Assembly: GCA_965206595.1 (NCBI GenBank) | Contig: OZ242214.1 | Coordinates: 5,600,001-5,664,000 of the forward strand | Length of the DNA: 64,000 nt | Origin: Candidatus Latescibacterota bacterium | Lineage (GTDB): Bacteria; Latescibacterota; UBA2968; UBA8231 | Direction of reading: 5' to 3' | Shown here: positions 22,349 to 31,740 of the stretch, one piece after another | Layout: the number at the start of each line of letters is the position of its first letter | How positions within the stretch are numbered: position 1 is the stretch's first letter | The notes under the pieces: model-generated | Seen by the model: the letters and a program-made list of their open reading frames with translations, nothing else | Database searches by the model: none | Told to the model about the DNA's origin: nothing | Translations under genes and position numbers: made by a program

Positions 22349-23047
22349 TGTTGCACCGACGCTTTGATGCGTCCCCAGGTGATGGATTCGACGGCCGTGC
22401 TCCGGGCTGGAAGCAGCAGCCCATCGAGGAAGATGTCCGCTATCTGCATGCCCCTACCCGAATCTGCAAGACTTTCAACGTCCAAATCAGCAGGAAACCA
22501 TTCAGCGACTGGACAGGGATCACAAGGATTATGGTCCCGGTCCTGGTCGAAAATAGTGATGTCGAAGCCCACGATCCGGTTTGCAGACAGTTCGCTGAAT
22601 TCGGTTTGATCCATGGCATCCCAGGCACCCCACCAATCATAGGGGGTCACATACATCTCGATCACGCTCACAGTAGGTTGTTCTCCGGCTGCTGCCCCTC
22701 CCGCATCTCCATATGGAGGAGAGACTTTCCAGGAGGTGGGTTTTCCAGTAGAACCGATTTTACCCTCCCTAATATGGTTTTCCAGAGTAGGGCCACGTAT
22801 TGTTTCAGCTATAACGGAATAGCTCTGCGTTCTTCCTCCAATACTTATGAGTATGGGGTCATCGATATTTTTTACTCCTTGGCGTAGTCCCTCTCCTCCA
22901 CTATGATCGCCATCAATAGAGAATTGGACGCTGTCGAACACATGCATATATGGGTCCCAACCCTCTCCCCTACGTGCCAATATAGAGTGAGACATTTTCG
23001 CATCGGAGTTTAGAGTAGTCAGGAGGGCGGAAAGGAGAGCATTGCGG

Positions 23048-23500
23048 ATGGCTTCCCGTACTGGAAAGGCGGAGCGAGTTTCGTTGCCTGTGGAAGAGTC
23101 CACCCCCGAGGTTCCTCGTCTCGATCCGGAAGTGCCAGACAGAGCCAAGCGTCGGTATTTCAGTGCCCAGTATAAGCTGCGGGTACTGGAAGAAGCCGAT
23201 GTCTGCCGGGCTCCCGGGGAGGTCGGTGCCTTACTGCGCCGCGAGGGCCTGTACTCCTCGCAGCTGACCGCCTGGCGGCGGGCGCGGCGGGAAGGCTCGT
23301 TGCAGGCGTTGGCCACGCCGCGGGGTCCCCAAGGCCGTCGTCGGGACCCGGTGGCCAGCGACAACGAGCGCTTGCGCATGGAGAACGCCCGTCTGCGGCG
23401 GCGTCTGGAGCAGGCCCAAGTGATTCTCGAGATCCAAAAAAAAGCCTCCGAGATCCTGGGGATCCCCCTGAACCGGCCCGCCAACGGCGACGACGCATGA
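23048..23500 (+). CDS. IS3 transposase OrfA (HTH)
   Basis: KRRYFSAQYKLRVLEEAD..GEVGALLRREGLYSS.L..WRR; A8G run at 23436-23444. Confidence 0.88.
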   Translation: MASRTGKAERVSLPVEESTPEVPRLDPEVPDRAKRRYFSAQYKLRVLEEADVCRAPGEVGALLRREGLYSSQLTAWRRARREGSLQALATPRGPQGRRRDPVASDNERLRMENARLRRRLEQAQVILEIQKKASEILGIPLNRPANGDDA

Positions 23501-24511
23501 GCGCGGCGGTCGAACAGTTGGCGACCACGGTCGGGGTGGCCCCGGCTTGCCGCGCCCTGGGGGTGGCCCGCGCTTCGGTCTATCGCCACCGCACCCCCCC
23601 GCTGCCGCGCCGGGACGCGGCGCCTTTGCCGTTCGCCTCGTGCCCTGGCCCCGGAAGAGCGCGCCCACGTACTGGCTACCCTGCACGAAGACCGTTTCGT
23701 CGACCAGGCCCCGGCCGCCGTATACGCGAATCTGCTGGAGGAAGGACGCTACCTGTGTTCCCAACGCACGATGTATCGTCTGCTGCACGGCGCCGGCGAG
23801 GTGCGGGAACGCCGCCGCCAGCGCCGCCACCCTCGGGCCGAGCCGCCGCGGCTGGTGGCCAGGGCCCCCAACCAGGTCTGGACATGGGACATTACCCGTC
23901 TGGCGGGCCCGCGTACAGGGGGGACGTATCCGCTTTACGTGGTGCTCGACCTGTTTTCGCGTTACGTCGTCGCCTGGATGGTGGCCACCCGGGAAAGCGC
24001 CGGCAGCGCACGGCGCCTGATCCGGACCGCCTGCCGCAAGCAAGCCATCGAGCCGGGGCAGCTGACCCTGCACCAGGACCGGGGCGCCCCGATGACGGCC
24101 AAGACCTTTTCGCAGCTGCTGGTCGATCTCGAGATCCTGGCCAGCTACAGCCGCCCGCGAACCGCCGACGACAACCCCTATTCGGAGAGCCAGTTCAAAA
24201 CCGTCAAATACGCGCCCACCTACCCGGGCCGCTTTGCCGACCCGGAGCAGGCGCGGGCGTATTTTCGCTCGTTCTTTCTCTGGTACAACACCCGCCATCG
24301 CCATAGCGGATTGGGCCTGCTGACCCCGGAGGCGGTACATCACGGGCGCGCCGAGGAGCTCCAGGCAGCGCGCCAATCCATCCTCGATGACGCCCATGCA
24401 CGACATCCCGAGCGCTTCGTAAAGGGGCCGCCCCAAGCACCGAAAATACCAGCCGAGGTGTGGATCAACCCACCCCCGACCATCATCGAATGCGCACGAA
24501 CAGGACAGTAA
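23497..24511 (+). CDS. IS3 transposase OrfB (DDE integrase core), one frameshift near 23600-23630
   Basis: PNQVWTWDIT, VLDLFSRYVVAW, LHQDRG, DDNPYSESQFKTVKY, WYN..H.HSGL; N-terminus MSAAVEQL lies in another frame. Confidence 0.85.
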
Positions 24512-24891
24512 ACTTTCACGCGAAGTGTCTCATTTCCATTGACACGTTCCGCTCCATGGTAGTTGTGTGTGTTATAGTATTTATCATCTACGACAACAAA
24601 GGCTGCGAAAATCCGATTCGATTCATCATGCCAGGCTAGCCAGATACGTACGTCCAGATTGGATGGATGGGGCGAATCGAATTGAAAGCTTCTGAAATCC
24701 AGGATGGTCATACAGGGTTCGCCTATCTCGTACCATTCTTCGATCAGTCCATCGTGAATGTCGATCTTTTGCAGCATTTCATCGGTAATCTCATAGAAGG
24801 GAAATACCCTGCTCCCGCTGTGCGCTGAGGCTGCTGCGGAGGATATGATCAGAACGATCAGACAGATGGTCATGAATTACCTGTACCTTTC

Positions 24892-24932
24892 AAAAAACAG
24901 GCGGACAAGGCTCTAAGAGCCTTGTCCGCCTG
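24892..24932 (-). terminator. intrinsic terminator
   Basis: Perfect 17-bp inverted repeat CAGGCGGACAAGGCTCT-A-AGAGCCTTGTCCGCCTG followed on the minus strand by T6. Confidence 0.85.
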
Positions 24933-24949
24933 AAAGTGAGGCCGATTTC

Positions 24950-25213
24950 TCAGTCCTCGCAACGGTCACCCTGATCGCAGCATTCGCATGTTCCTTGCAT
25001 TGGGGTAGTCCATTGGGAGTGATTATGCCCCTTGAGGATGCAACTGTACTCACACACGCCCTCTGAAGCACTAGGGTAATGTTCGTGCCCCCAGTTGAAA
25101 CACGAATTCGGATTGCCGCCAGGGCTGTGAGCGTCCACAAACGACGTGCCAGCCAGAAGGACCCCACCAGCCAGCATGAGAACGGCTACGATTTGCTTCG
25201 TAAAGCGTGGCAT
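24950..25213 (-). CDS. small secreted Cys/His-rich protein (87 aa)
   Basis: GGAG RBS, signal peptide MPRFTKQIVAVLMLAGGVLLAGTSFVDA, 7 Cys in the mature part, terminator right after the stop. Confidence 0.65.
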   Translation of the reverse strand: MPRFTKQIVAVLMLAGGVLLAGTSFVDAHSPGGNPNSCFNWGHEHYPSASEGVCEYSCILKGHNHSQWTTPMQGTCECCDQGDRCED

Positions 25214-25489
25214 TCCAATCTCCCTTCCGCCCCGGTCGGTTCGGAAAGGCTGGTACGACCCACCGGGAAAGGTCATACCGGCCATGACACTCCATCACAG
25301 CAGACTCCAAAAAAAAAAGCAACGGAGAAAGTCAATAGGGGACATTCTGTTCAGAGTCTAGGAACAGCCAACCGTCTGCGCGGCCGAACCGTTCCGTTGC
25401 GGGGAGCCTGGCATCGCCGCCGGATCTCCTCCAACCTCTGCAGAGCGGCCAGATACCCGGCTCCCTGCCCTTCGTTTACAAAGGGGCTT

Positions 25490-26368
25490 TCACCACGGGC
25501 TGTCTCCTCTGGTGCGGCGCACCACGTAGAGGTTGCTCGCCAGGATGACCGCCGCTCCTGCCAGGGTCCAGGCGTCGGGGAAGTCGCCGAAACCGATGAA
25601 GCCGACGACGACCGCCCACAGGAAAAGGGAGTAGCCGAACGGCTGCAGGGCCGAGGCCTCGGCGTAACGCAATGCCTTGATCATCGAGAAATGGGCGGTT
25701 GCGCTGAGCGCGGCCACCAGCGCCAGCAGGCCCCAGTCCCCGGGAGCCGGCGGCAGCCAGTAGAAAGGGCCCGGCAGACTGAGGACGACCGCCCCGGCGA
25801 TCCCGGCGTACAGCAGCGACGTCTCCGGCCGGTCGGTGCGGCCGGCGAGGCGGGTGAGCATCTGGTAGACCGCCCACAGCAGGGCCGCCAGCAGCGGGAT
25901 GGCGGCCTCGGCACTCATGGTCGCGGTTCCGGGACGGAGGATCAGCAGCACCCCGGTGAATCCGGCGGCGACCGCAAGGAGCCGGTACAGGGAGACGTGT
26001 TCGCGCAGGAGCGGGGCCGACAGCAGGGTTACGATCAGGGGGGAGACTGCGGCCAGGGCGTGCACGTCGGCCAAGGGCAGGTGGATGAAGGCGATCACGA
26101 ACGTGGCCTGCTCGGCGACGAGAACGAGGGAGCGCGCCACCTGAATGCCGGTCTGCCGGGAGGCTAGCGCCCTGCGGATCCCCATCCCCCGGGAGGCCAG
26201 GGCGGCGACGGCGACGAGCAGCAGGTAGCGGACCCAGAGGATCTGCACGAAGGAGTAGGTCTTCGCCAGGTGCTTGTTGAGCCCGTCCATGACGGCGAAG
26301 AGCAGCATCGCCAGCAGCACGAGGGCGATCCCCCGCAGCGCCATCCTGGGTTCGGTCTCCGGCGTCAC
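25490..26368 (-). CDS. DMT/EamA family transporter
   Basis: About 10 TM segments, QILWVRY, LLREHV, GVLLILRPG, ASALQPFGY, FGDFPD. Confidence 0.9.
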   Translation of the reverse strand: MTPETEPRMALRGIALVLLAMLLFAVMDGLNKHLAKTYSFVQILWVRYLLLVAVAALASRGMGIRRALASRQTGIQVARSLVLVAEQATFVIAFIHLPLADVHALAAVSPLIVTLLSAPLLREHVSLYRLLAVAAGFTGVLLILRPGTATMSAEAAIPLLAALLWAVYQMLTRLAGRTDRPETSLLYAGIAGAVVLSLPGPFYWLPPAPGDWGLLALVAALSATAHFSMIKALRYAEASALQPFGYSLFLWAVVVGFIGFGDFPDAWTLAGAAVILASNLYVVRRTRGDSPW

Positions 26369-26499
26369 GGTTGTTTACCGCTCCTCAGGCAGGTCCGGCA
26401 GCGCCAACGCAATCCATCGTAGGGTTGCCGCCGCGGCTCCTTCCGTCCTGCTGCGAACGGGGGACGCAGCGTGGTGCCCGGTGTGTGGGCGACCGTGGG

Positions 26500-27038
26500 T
26501 CACCGCATCTTCCCGCCCGGCGCGGGGTCACTGCCGGCCGCGGTCGGATAGAAGGGCAGGAAGTCGGTGTTCGGTGTGATTCCGGTGACGTCGTCACCGC
26601 GCCACTCGATCCGGTATTCGACGCCGTCGGTCGTTTCGCTGATGGTTCTGGCGGGCAGGTCGTATTCCATTTGAATCGCCGCTCCCGCCTTCGCTTCGCC
26701 GGCGAAGCGAAGCACCCGGTTCTGTCGAATCGGGCCGGCTGCCCTCCGGCCTTCACGGCGACGGAACCTGCCGGCGCCCACCCGGGCACGCGGATGAACA
26801 GCGGGGCCGCTTCCTTGAGAAGGACCTCGAGGCACCCCTTTTCCCGGCGCCGGGTGGTCACGCGGACCCTCTCGTCTTCGTAGTCGAGGTGGAAGTTGAT
26901 CCTCGTGCCCGCCGCGGTTTGCTCGGCGACGTGGCGATAGACGTCGCACAGGGTGTGCAGGCAGGCGGCGGTGATGTCGGTGGTCGGCAGAGTCCCGCCG
27001 TGCGGGTGGCGATGCATGCTCCCGAAAGCACCGAGCAC
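26500..27038 (-). pseudogene. 5'-truncated, frameshifted remnant resembling the C-terminal part of GH127/DUF1680-like proteins
   Basis: LFIRVPGWA...then other frame YDLPAR...YRIEWRGDDVTGITP...LPFYP; no N-terminal catalytic domain before the upstream gene's stop. Confidence 0.45.
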
Positions 27039-27085
27039 TCTTTCCTCGCGCCGCCTGCGCGCTGTCGAAGGGAAATTCCGAAAGC

Positions 27086-29017
27086 TCAGTAGGCGACGGA
27101 GAGGGTGCCGCTGCTGCTCTCGCGCTGGGACTGCAGCTCGATCCTCAGCCGGTACAGGTAAACCCCGGGCGGGACCAGCCTGCCGGAGTCGTCGGTGCCG
27201 TCCCAGTCGTGGGAGTACTCGCCGAGGGGATCCTCTCCGCTGTACAGATTCCTCACCAGCCTGGCCGACAGGTCGAAGATCGCGATGGAGACCGGCGCCG
27301 CGGAGGTCAGCCGCAGGACCTTGTACGAGATCGTCGCCAGATCGTTGACGCCGTCCCCGTTCGGGGTAAACGGGTCGGGCTCGGCCCGGGCCGAGAACAG
27401 CAACGAGCTGCTCAGAGACGTGGTCACCGACAGGCGCTCGCTCTCTACCTCGACGGCGGCATTGCCGGGGATGAGCCGCTGGCGCACCTCGAGCGGCCGC
27501 GTGGTGTCGAACACCCTGCCGTCGAACAGGGTCCCCACTTCCCTGAGCACCGGGGCGCTGAACACGACCTCGACCAGGGCGCCGCTGTCCGACGCCTCCA
27601 GCTTGCGCGGCAGCAGCACTTCGAACCCGAGCCCGTCGCCGCGGATGCGCCTTTCGAAAATCTCCTGACCGACACCGGCGATGCGCAGCGAGTCGACCGA
27701 CACGATCCCGGAAGGGGTCGAGATCTCCACGCCGTCGAAGCTGCCGTCCCCGGGGCGGATGGTCGGGCGGATGTAATAGGTGAATTGCGTCGGCTCGCCG
27801 ATCCTCGTCTCGGTCGGATGGATCTCGGCCACCAGCCCGCGCACCGCGGGAGGGACCGAGGCTTTGAACTCCAGGTAGTCGAGCTTGCCGCCGTCATCGG
27901 TGGTCGAGAAGAAATCCGTCCGTATCTGGAAGAACCGCCGCGGCCCCGGAGAGACGACGGAGACCTCCGGTGTCTCGAAGGGGTAGGGGCTCGACCAGAA
28001 GCTCCAGTTTTCGGCGTCGAGGCTCACCTGATCGGCGGGGTTTACCGGTTTGAGAACGTCGGACAGCCTTTCGTACTGCCTCTTGTATTCAATCAGGTCG
28101 AGGCTGCCGCCGCCGCCGCGAAAGCGGATGCTGTCCTGCTGCTCGGGGCGGGCTTCCCAGAAGATCACCGGGTGCGGGTCGGAGCCGGAGCGGGTGCGGA
28201 TGTCGACGCGGGCGAGCGGGTCCTGGCGGCCCGACCAGCGGATCTTCCCCCAGCTGGCGATATCCTCCATTTCGATCACCCCGGACTCGTACGCGGCCCT
28301 GGCGACGAAGCCGCCGCCGTAGAGCTCGAAGTCGGCGAGACCGACCTCCTTGGTCGTCTGCCGGAAAATCCGCAGCTGGATCGCCCGGGTGGTCACCGGC
28401 GGGTCGAGAAGCACCGAGACTTCCGGTTCGGTGTTCTCCTTCACCTCGGCTACGATCTCCCTGAAGTGGAGGATGCGGTTCGAATCGAAGCCCTCGGCGA
28501 TGCCGATGGTGAAGCGCTCGAGGAAGTGCTCCGGGTGGTCGGCCAGGGTGCGGAATCTCACCTCCCGTATCAGGAACCGCCCCCCGACGTCGAAGGTGAC
28601 GCGCTCCCAGATTTCGCGGTTGAAGCTCTCGGCGGCAAGCACCGGGTAGACGTGGGCGGTGGTCCGGTCCTGGTCGATCAGCAGCTCGCCGTCGAGGTTG
28701 TTGCAGGCATGGGAGTAGCTGGTGTTGATGACGCACGCTTTCCCCCCCCTGCTCAACAGGGTGGAGGCGATATCGTCGTCGGCGGCGAAGAAATGCGGCT
28801 GCACCGACTCGGACTGCAGCGAATCGAGGTGGAGGGCCTCCTGCAGCTGGGAGGGGGACCAGCCGATCTCGGTGAAATCGACGCCGAGGCTCGACAGGCT
28901 GTCCTTTTCGGCCGCAGTGAAGGGGGCACCGATCCGGTAAACGATCACGCAGAAGCCGTCTCTCGGGTACGGTGCGAGGACCAGGAAAGCGAGCGCAATC
29001 AGTCTACGCAGCGGCAT
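27086..29017 (-). CDS. secreted protein with C-terminal FlgD-Ig / CHU_C-like domain
   Basis: Signal peptide; PDPFTPNGDGVND, IFDLSARLVRNL, WDGTDDSGRLVPPGVYLYRL; AGGAGG RBS. Confidence 0.85.
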   Translation of the reverse strand: MPLRRLIALAFLVLAPYPRDGFCVIVYRIGAPFTAAEKDSLSSLGVDFTEIGWSPSQLQEALHLDSLQSESVQPHFFAADDDIASTLLSRGGKACVINTSYSHACNNLDGELLIDQDRTTAHVYPVLAAESFNREIWERVTFDVGGRFLIREVRFRTLADHPEHFLERFTIGIAEGFDSNRILHFREIVAEVKENTEPEVSVLLDPPVTTRAIQLRIFRQTTKEVGLADFELYGGGFVARAAYESGVIEMEDIASWGKIRWSGRQDPLARVDIRTRSGSDPHPVIFWEARPEQQDSIRFRGGGGSLDLIEYKRQYERLSDVLKPVNPADQVSLDAENWSFWSSPYPFETPEVSVVSPGPRRFFQIRTDFFSTTDDGGKLDYLEFKASVPPAVRGLVAEIHPTETRIGEPTQFTYYIRPTIRPGDGSFDGVEISTPSGIVSVDSLRIAGVGQEIFERRIRGDGLGFEVLLPRKLEASDSGALVEVVFSAPVLREVGTLFDGRVFDTTRPLEVRQRLIPGNAAVEVESERLSVTTSLSSSLLFSARAEPDPFTPNGDGVNDLATISYKVLRLTSAAPVSIAIFDLSARLVRNLYSGEDPLGEYSHDWDGTDDSGRLVPPGVYLYRLRIELQSQRESSSGTLSVAY

Positions 29018-29066
29018 GGCGGGCCTCCTTTTGCACGCCGGACTGGCGAAGCCGGTTTTTCTCAGC

Positions 29067-30011
29067 CTATCTGCTTTGCAGTACCGGCAGCAGATAGGCG
29101 AGGAGGACGCTGACTACCAGGCCGGCGGTGATTTTTCCGAAGTCGGTCAGCACCAGCCGGGACACCTCTTGACGGCTGCGGTGCTTCTCGTTCCAGGCGA
29201 TGGCGATCTCGCGCCCTGCGAGGAGGCCGACGAAGACCCAGGTCGTGCTCATCGGAAGGTGGCTCACCTCCTTGAACAGGAACAGCACGATGCCGTAGAT
29301 CAGGTCGACGAAGGTCGCCGAGCGGATGTCGGTGGTGTTCGTCTTCGTCAGCACCACTTTCTGTATGGCGCCGCCGTGGGTGTAAAGGATGATGGCGAGC
29401 AAGGCCAGCATGACGACGATGCTTGCCGTGAACCATCCCGCGGACAGTTCGCGCGGCAGGAAAACATAGATGTTCGCCAAGTCCTGTATCAGCCACTGGC
29501 TCCAGAGGAAACCGGTCGAACACCACTGAGCCACAATCCACCAAGGGCTCGTCGGCCCCTCCGTCCGGTTGAAGCGGGACTCAAGACCTCGGGTGACCAG
29601 TCTGTAAATGAGAATAGCGGCCACGAAGGCGGTCGCGTACCCCGACAACGACTTGATCAGCATGCTCGGCAGCGCCTTGGGGGCGAAGATCGTCAGGGTC
29701 AAGAAGGTGGTGCTGACCGGGATGCCCCGGCGGGTCAGCAAGAGCAGAACGAAAGGCGGGACGCAGTAAATCCAGCTGAAGTGCTCCGGCACCGGGATCG
29801 TCTGCAGCCTGCCGTAGGAGACATCGCCGTGAGCCATCCACCCATACACGAGGATCACTGTCAGGATGCTGCCGGCAAAGAGCCAGAGCACCCACCACGG
29901 ACGGTGGTCGTTGGAACTGAGAAAGGTCCCCAGCGTCTGGATGGCGTCGTTGCCGACGATGGAATACGCGCCGAGCAAGAAGCCGATGACCATCAGGGCT
30001 TCCTGGGTCAT
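29067..30011 (-). CDS. PiT-like (inorganic phosphate transporter-related) membrane protein
   Basis: Internal repeat GNDAIQ/QDLANI and PVSTT/PMSTT; many TM segments. Confidence 0.7.
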   Translation of the reverse strand: MTQEALMVIGFLLGAYSIVGNDAIQTLGTFLSSNDHRPWWVLWLFAGSILTVILVYGWMAHGDVSYGRLQTIPVPEHFSWIYCVPPFVLLLLTRRGIPVSTTFLTLTIFAPKALPSMLIKSLSGYATAFVAAILIYRLVTRGLESRFNRTEGPTSPWWIVAQWCSTGFLWSQWLIQDLANIYVFLPRELSAGWFTASIVVMLALLAIILYTHGGAIQKVVLTKTNTTDIRSATFVDLIYGIVLFLFKEVSHLPMSTTWVFVGLLAGREIAIAWNEKHRSRQEVSRLVLTDFGKITAGLVVSVLLAYLLPVLQSR

Positions 30012-30079
30012 TTACAATCCTTTCCGGGAGGTTCGGACGACACTCCCAATAGATGCCGTTTTTTCGAACAGGTTCGAAA

Positions 30080-30760
30080 ATGGCACCTCATTCCGTACGG
30101 CGCCATCTACGCGTTGAAATCGAGGCTTACGACAGGACCATCCGCGCTTTCATCCCCGCTTACGAGGAGATGCTCGAAAGGACCGCGGAGGCCGTTGCCG
30201 AGGCGGGACCGGGAACGGTGACCGACCTCGGCGCCGGCACGGGCGCCCTGGCGCAGGCGGTGTTGCGGAGATGCGAGGGAGCGAGGGTCCTCCTGATCGA
30301 CGCCGATCCCGAGATGCTCGCCCAGGCGCAGGTGCGGCTGGCCCCTTTTGCCGCCCGGGTGCAGTACGCCGAGCGCCCTTTCCAGGGCCCGCTGCCGCCC
30401 TGCGACCTCGCGGTCGCTTCCCTGGCGCTGCACCACGTTTCCACCCTGGCCGAGAAACGGAAGATCCTCGGCGCGATTCACGCCGCGCTGCCGCCGCGCG
30501 GGGTTTTCGTGAACGCGGATGTGACCATTCCTGCCGAGCCGTCGGCTCGCCGGGCGGAATACGAGGCCTGGGCCGCCCACCTCGTCTCCTGCGGCATCGA
30601 GAAGGAGCAGGCGTACCAACACTTCCGGGAGTGGTCCGGCGAGGACACCTACTTCCCGCTGGAGGAGGAGCTGGCCGCCCTGGACGAGGCCGGCTTCGAG
30701 GCCGCCTGCCTGTGGCGGGTGGTGCCGCTGGCGGTGGTGAGGGCCGTCAAGCGGCCTTAG
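30080..30760 (+). CDS. class I SAM-dependent methyltransferase
   Basis: DLGAGTG, IDADPEML, SLALHH, GVFVNAD. Confidence 0.9.
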   Translation: MAPHSVRRHLRVEIEAYDRTIRAFIPAYEEMLERTAEAVAEAGPGTVTDLGAGTGALAQAVLRRCEGARVLLIDADPEMLAQAQVRLAPFAARVQYAERPFQGPLPPCDLAVASLALHHVSTLAEKRKILGAIHAALPPRGVFVNADVTIPAEPSARRAEYEAWAAHLVSCGIEKEQAYQHFREWSGEDTYFPLEEELAALDEAGFEAACLWRVVPLAVVRAVKRP

Positions 30761-31728
30761 GGCCGCGACACCACCACGAAGCCCACCGAATCGACCGACG
30801 CCGAGGCGAAGAAGCCCATCCCTCCCTCCACCGGGAAGAGGGGCCGCTCGAAATTGTCTCCCGCCAGGCCGCCGGCCCATCCCCCCTGCTCCTGCTGGTC
30901 GGCGCTAGTGCGGGCGTAATCGAACCAGTTGCGGTCCAGCGCAAAGACCTTCACGATGGAGCGCCCGGTGTAGTACACGGCGAACCACGGCCAGCGCAGG
31001 ATCCCCTCCCGGACCGCCAGAGGAGGCGACTGGTTCCTGCTCGGGTCCTCGTCCTCATCGTAGAACTGTTCCAGCTCCTCGTCGACGACGGCCGGGCTCT
31101 CGTCCAGGGAGAAGATCGCCGCCTGGTAGGCCTCCGCCTCCACCGCCTCCAGGTGGATCTCGAGCAGTCCTTCCGGGTAGAGAAGCTGGTTCTCCGGCGC
31201 ATCGTACACCCCGTTCCCGGCCTCGGCAAAGGACTTGAGGGTTTGCAGGATCTCGCCGGTCTCCCAGTCGAGGAGCACCGCCCGCCGCACCCGCAGCCTG
31301 CCGGGCGTGGTCGTGCGCCCCCCCACGCGCTGCCCTCCCACCTCGACTTCGAGCTGATACTCGGTCCGGGGTTCGACCCGGGGCGGGTCCGGCGGCGGCA
31401 GGTAGCGGCCGGGGTCGTCAGGATCGGCGGCGTACTCGAAGACCCGGTCGCCCTGGAGGATGCGGACCCGGGCGTCGGACACTCCCGCCGCCTCGCGGTC
31501 GTAAGGGCGGTCGGGGGCCAGGCTGCGCCGCACGAACAGGTCGGGCAGGGTCTGGTCGACCAGCAGCACGGCGTCGACCACCAGCTCGCTGTCCTCCTCC
31601 GCCGAGCCGAAGAGACTCCCCGGCTGGCGCTCGGCGGAGCACGCCGCCAGGCACAGAAGAAGCAGGAGGCAGAGCCCGGCGGGCGTTATCGGCCTGCCGA
31701 GCCGTGACGAGAAGGATTCAGGGGTCAT
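30757..31728 (-). CDS. DUF4249-like lipoprotein, partner of the TonB receptor
   Basis: Lipobox LAAC, LVVDAVL, YQLEVEV, C-terminal VEGGMGFFASAS. Confidence 0.7.
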   Translation of the reverse strand: MTPESFSSRLGRPITPAGLCLLLLLCLAACSAERQPGSLFGSAEEDSELVVDAVLLVDQTLPDLFVRRSLAPDRPYDREAAGVSDARVRILQGDRVFEYAADPDDPGRYLPPPDPPRVEPRTEYQLEVEVGGQRVGGRTTTPGRLRVRRAVLLDWETGEILQTLKSFAEAGNGVYDAPENQLLYPEGLLEIHLEAVEAEAYQAAIFSLDESPAVVDEELEQFYDEDEDPSRNQSPPLAVREGILRWPWFAVYYTGRSIVKVFALDRNWFDYARTSADQQEQGGWAGGLAGDNFERPLFPVEGGMGFFASASVDSVGFVVVSRP

Positions 31729-31740
31729 CGGTCGATCCGC

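Larger units (their letters stand above)
22975..24544 (+). mobile_element. IS3-family insertion sequence, 1570 bp
   Basis: Imperfect TIRs TGCCAATATAGAGTGAGACATTTTCGC / TGTCAATGGAAATGAGACACTTCGC (reverse complement of right end), TG...CA ends, orfA+orfB, GC higher than flanks. Confidence 0.9.
22345..24873 (-). pseudogene. secreted DOMON/CBM9-like protein with TWGRIK tail, interrupted by an IS3-family element
   Basis: N part 24873-24545 (signal peptide, DG.IEEW, IWLAWHD) and C part 22974-22345 (DSVQFSIDGDHSGG, IVGFDITIFDQD, TAVESITWGRIKA) rejoin in frame to 318 aa after removing the IS and a CG duplication. Confidence 0.8.

Noticed and set aside
23436-23444. A8G run as the explanation for the broken OrfB
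   Set aside because: It may be the normal OrfA/B slippery site, but the OrfB break lies about 170 bp further downstream and is a separate lesion
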